From: Hypanus sabinus
Lineage: Eukaryota
NCBI RefSeq assembly: GCF_030144855.1
Contig: NC_082731.1
Location: 22,072,001-22,136,000 of the forward strand
Length of the DNA stretch: 64,000 nt
Direction of reading: 5' to 3'
Numbering within the stretch: position 1 is the first letter of the stretch; each line of letters starts with the position of its first letter. This document shows positions 63,361-64,000 of this stretch, piece by piece. The position numbers and the translations under genes were made by a program. The notes beneath the pieces were generated by a model. It was not told the DNA's origin, did no database searches, and was given only the letters and a program-made list of their open reading frames with translations.

Positions 63361-64000
63361 AATAAACTACAGCTGTCTGTTTAATCACTGAAGCTCATTA
63401 AAATTAAATTCGGAATAGAGCGGATACGCCCTTTCAAATAGTCTGTCAAGTTCCTTAAAGTGTCTGAAACTAATTTACAAGTTTCCTCCAAGTTTCGCGA
63501 ATTAACTTACTGCCCGAAGCAGTTGATAGAATGTGTTGACCGAATTAAAGTTATCTCTTTCAAACATTCCTGCAGAATGGCCAAGTGCCCAGTACGGAAT
63601 GCCCAGGAGCCACATTGCTTCTCCTAATGGCTCATTGGGTAAGAATACTCGAATTTTGTCACCAAATTTTGTTCTGGTCTTAAAACTCTGCTAGGGTCAC
63701 TTCCAGTGGTAAGCCGGGATATAAATTCCTCGAATTCGAAATATCTGTTTTCTCTTTGTTTTGAGTCTGCACACTGTCTCTACTCTTAGGTATTTCTTTG
63801 AAATAGATGCAGATCACATCCGTCTAATGTGACGCCCCTTTTCCATTATTCGATGGATTTGTCTACTCTTCAATCAGATCCCACCATCTGCAGCATTACA
63901 CCTTTCCCAGCTATCCTCTCCAATGTTCGCCAGTCAGATCCCATTCCTCACCAACGAAACACATCATCGCCTGCCCTTCCTAATTACGTTCCAAATTGTA

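Noticed and set aside
1-64000. D, J or constant-region segments, including a NAR-TCR-type V-D-J cassette
   Set aside because: No FGxG J motif with a 12-RSS, no doubly RSS-flanked D and no C exon were found; the four gaps could hide small elements.

Overview
Vertebrate genomic DNA, inferred from the repeat content and V families to be a cartilaginous fish. The window is part of a T-cell receptor alpha/delta-type variable-gene array. It is heavily invaded by transposons (CR1, Rex1/Babar, L1-like, Penelope, two Gypsy lineages, one hAT/Buster) and has four assembly gaps. Three well-preserved leader+V+23-RSS segments are present, and each has a defect. V1 (224-705, minus) has a homopolymer frameshift. 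V2 (31021-31507, plus) is open with a perfect heptamer but has Trp in place of the first conserved Cys and Leu in place of the conserved Trp. V3 (55328-56194, minus) is open but its heptamer has lost the essential CAC. Reading through stops and frameshifts by eye reveals about ten further decayed V relics in both orientations, of varying certainty. One relic (18143-18565, minus) aligns in a single frame with immunoglobulin heavy-chain V domains rather than TCR V, and one weak relic resembles an Ig light-chain V. No D, J or C segments were found. All relic alignments are manual, not database searches, and transposon boundaries are approximate.
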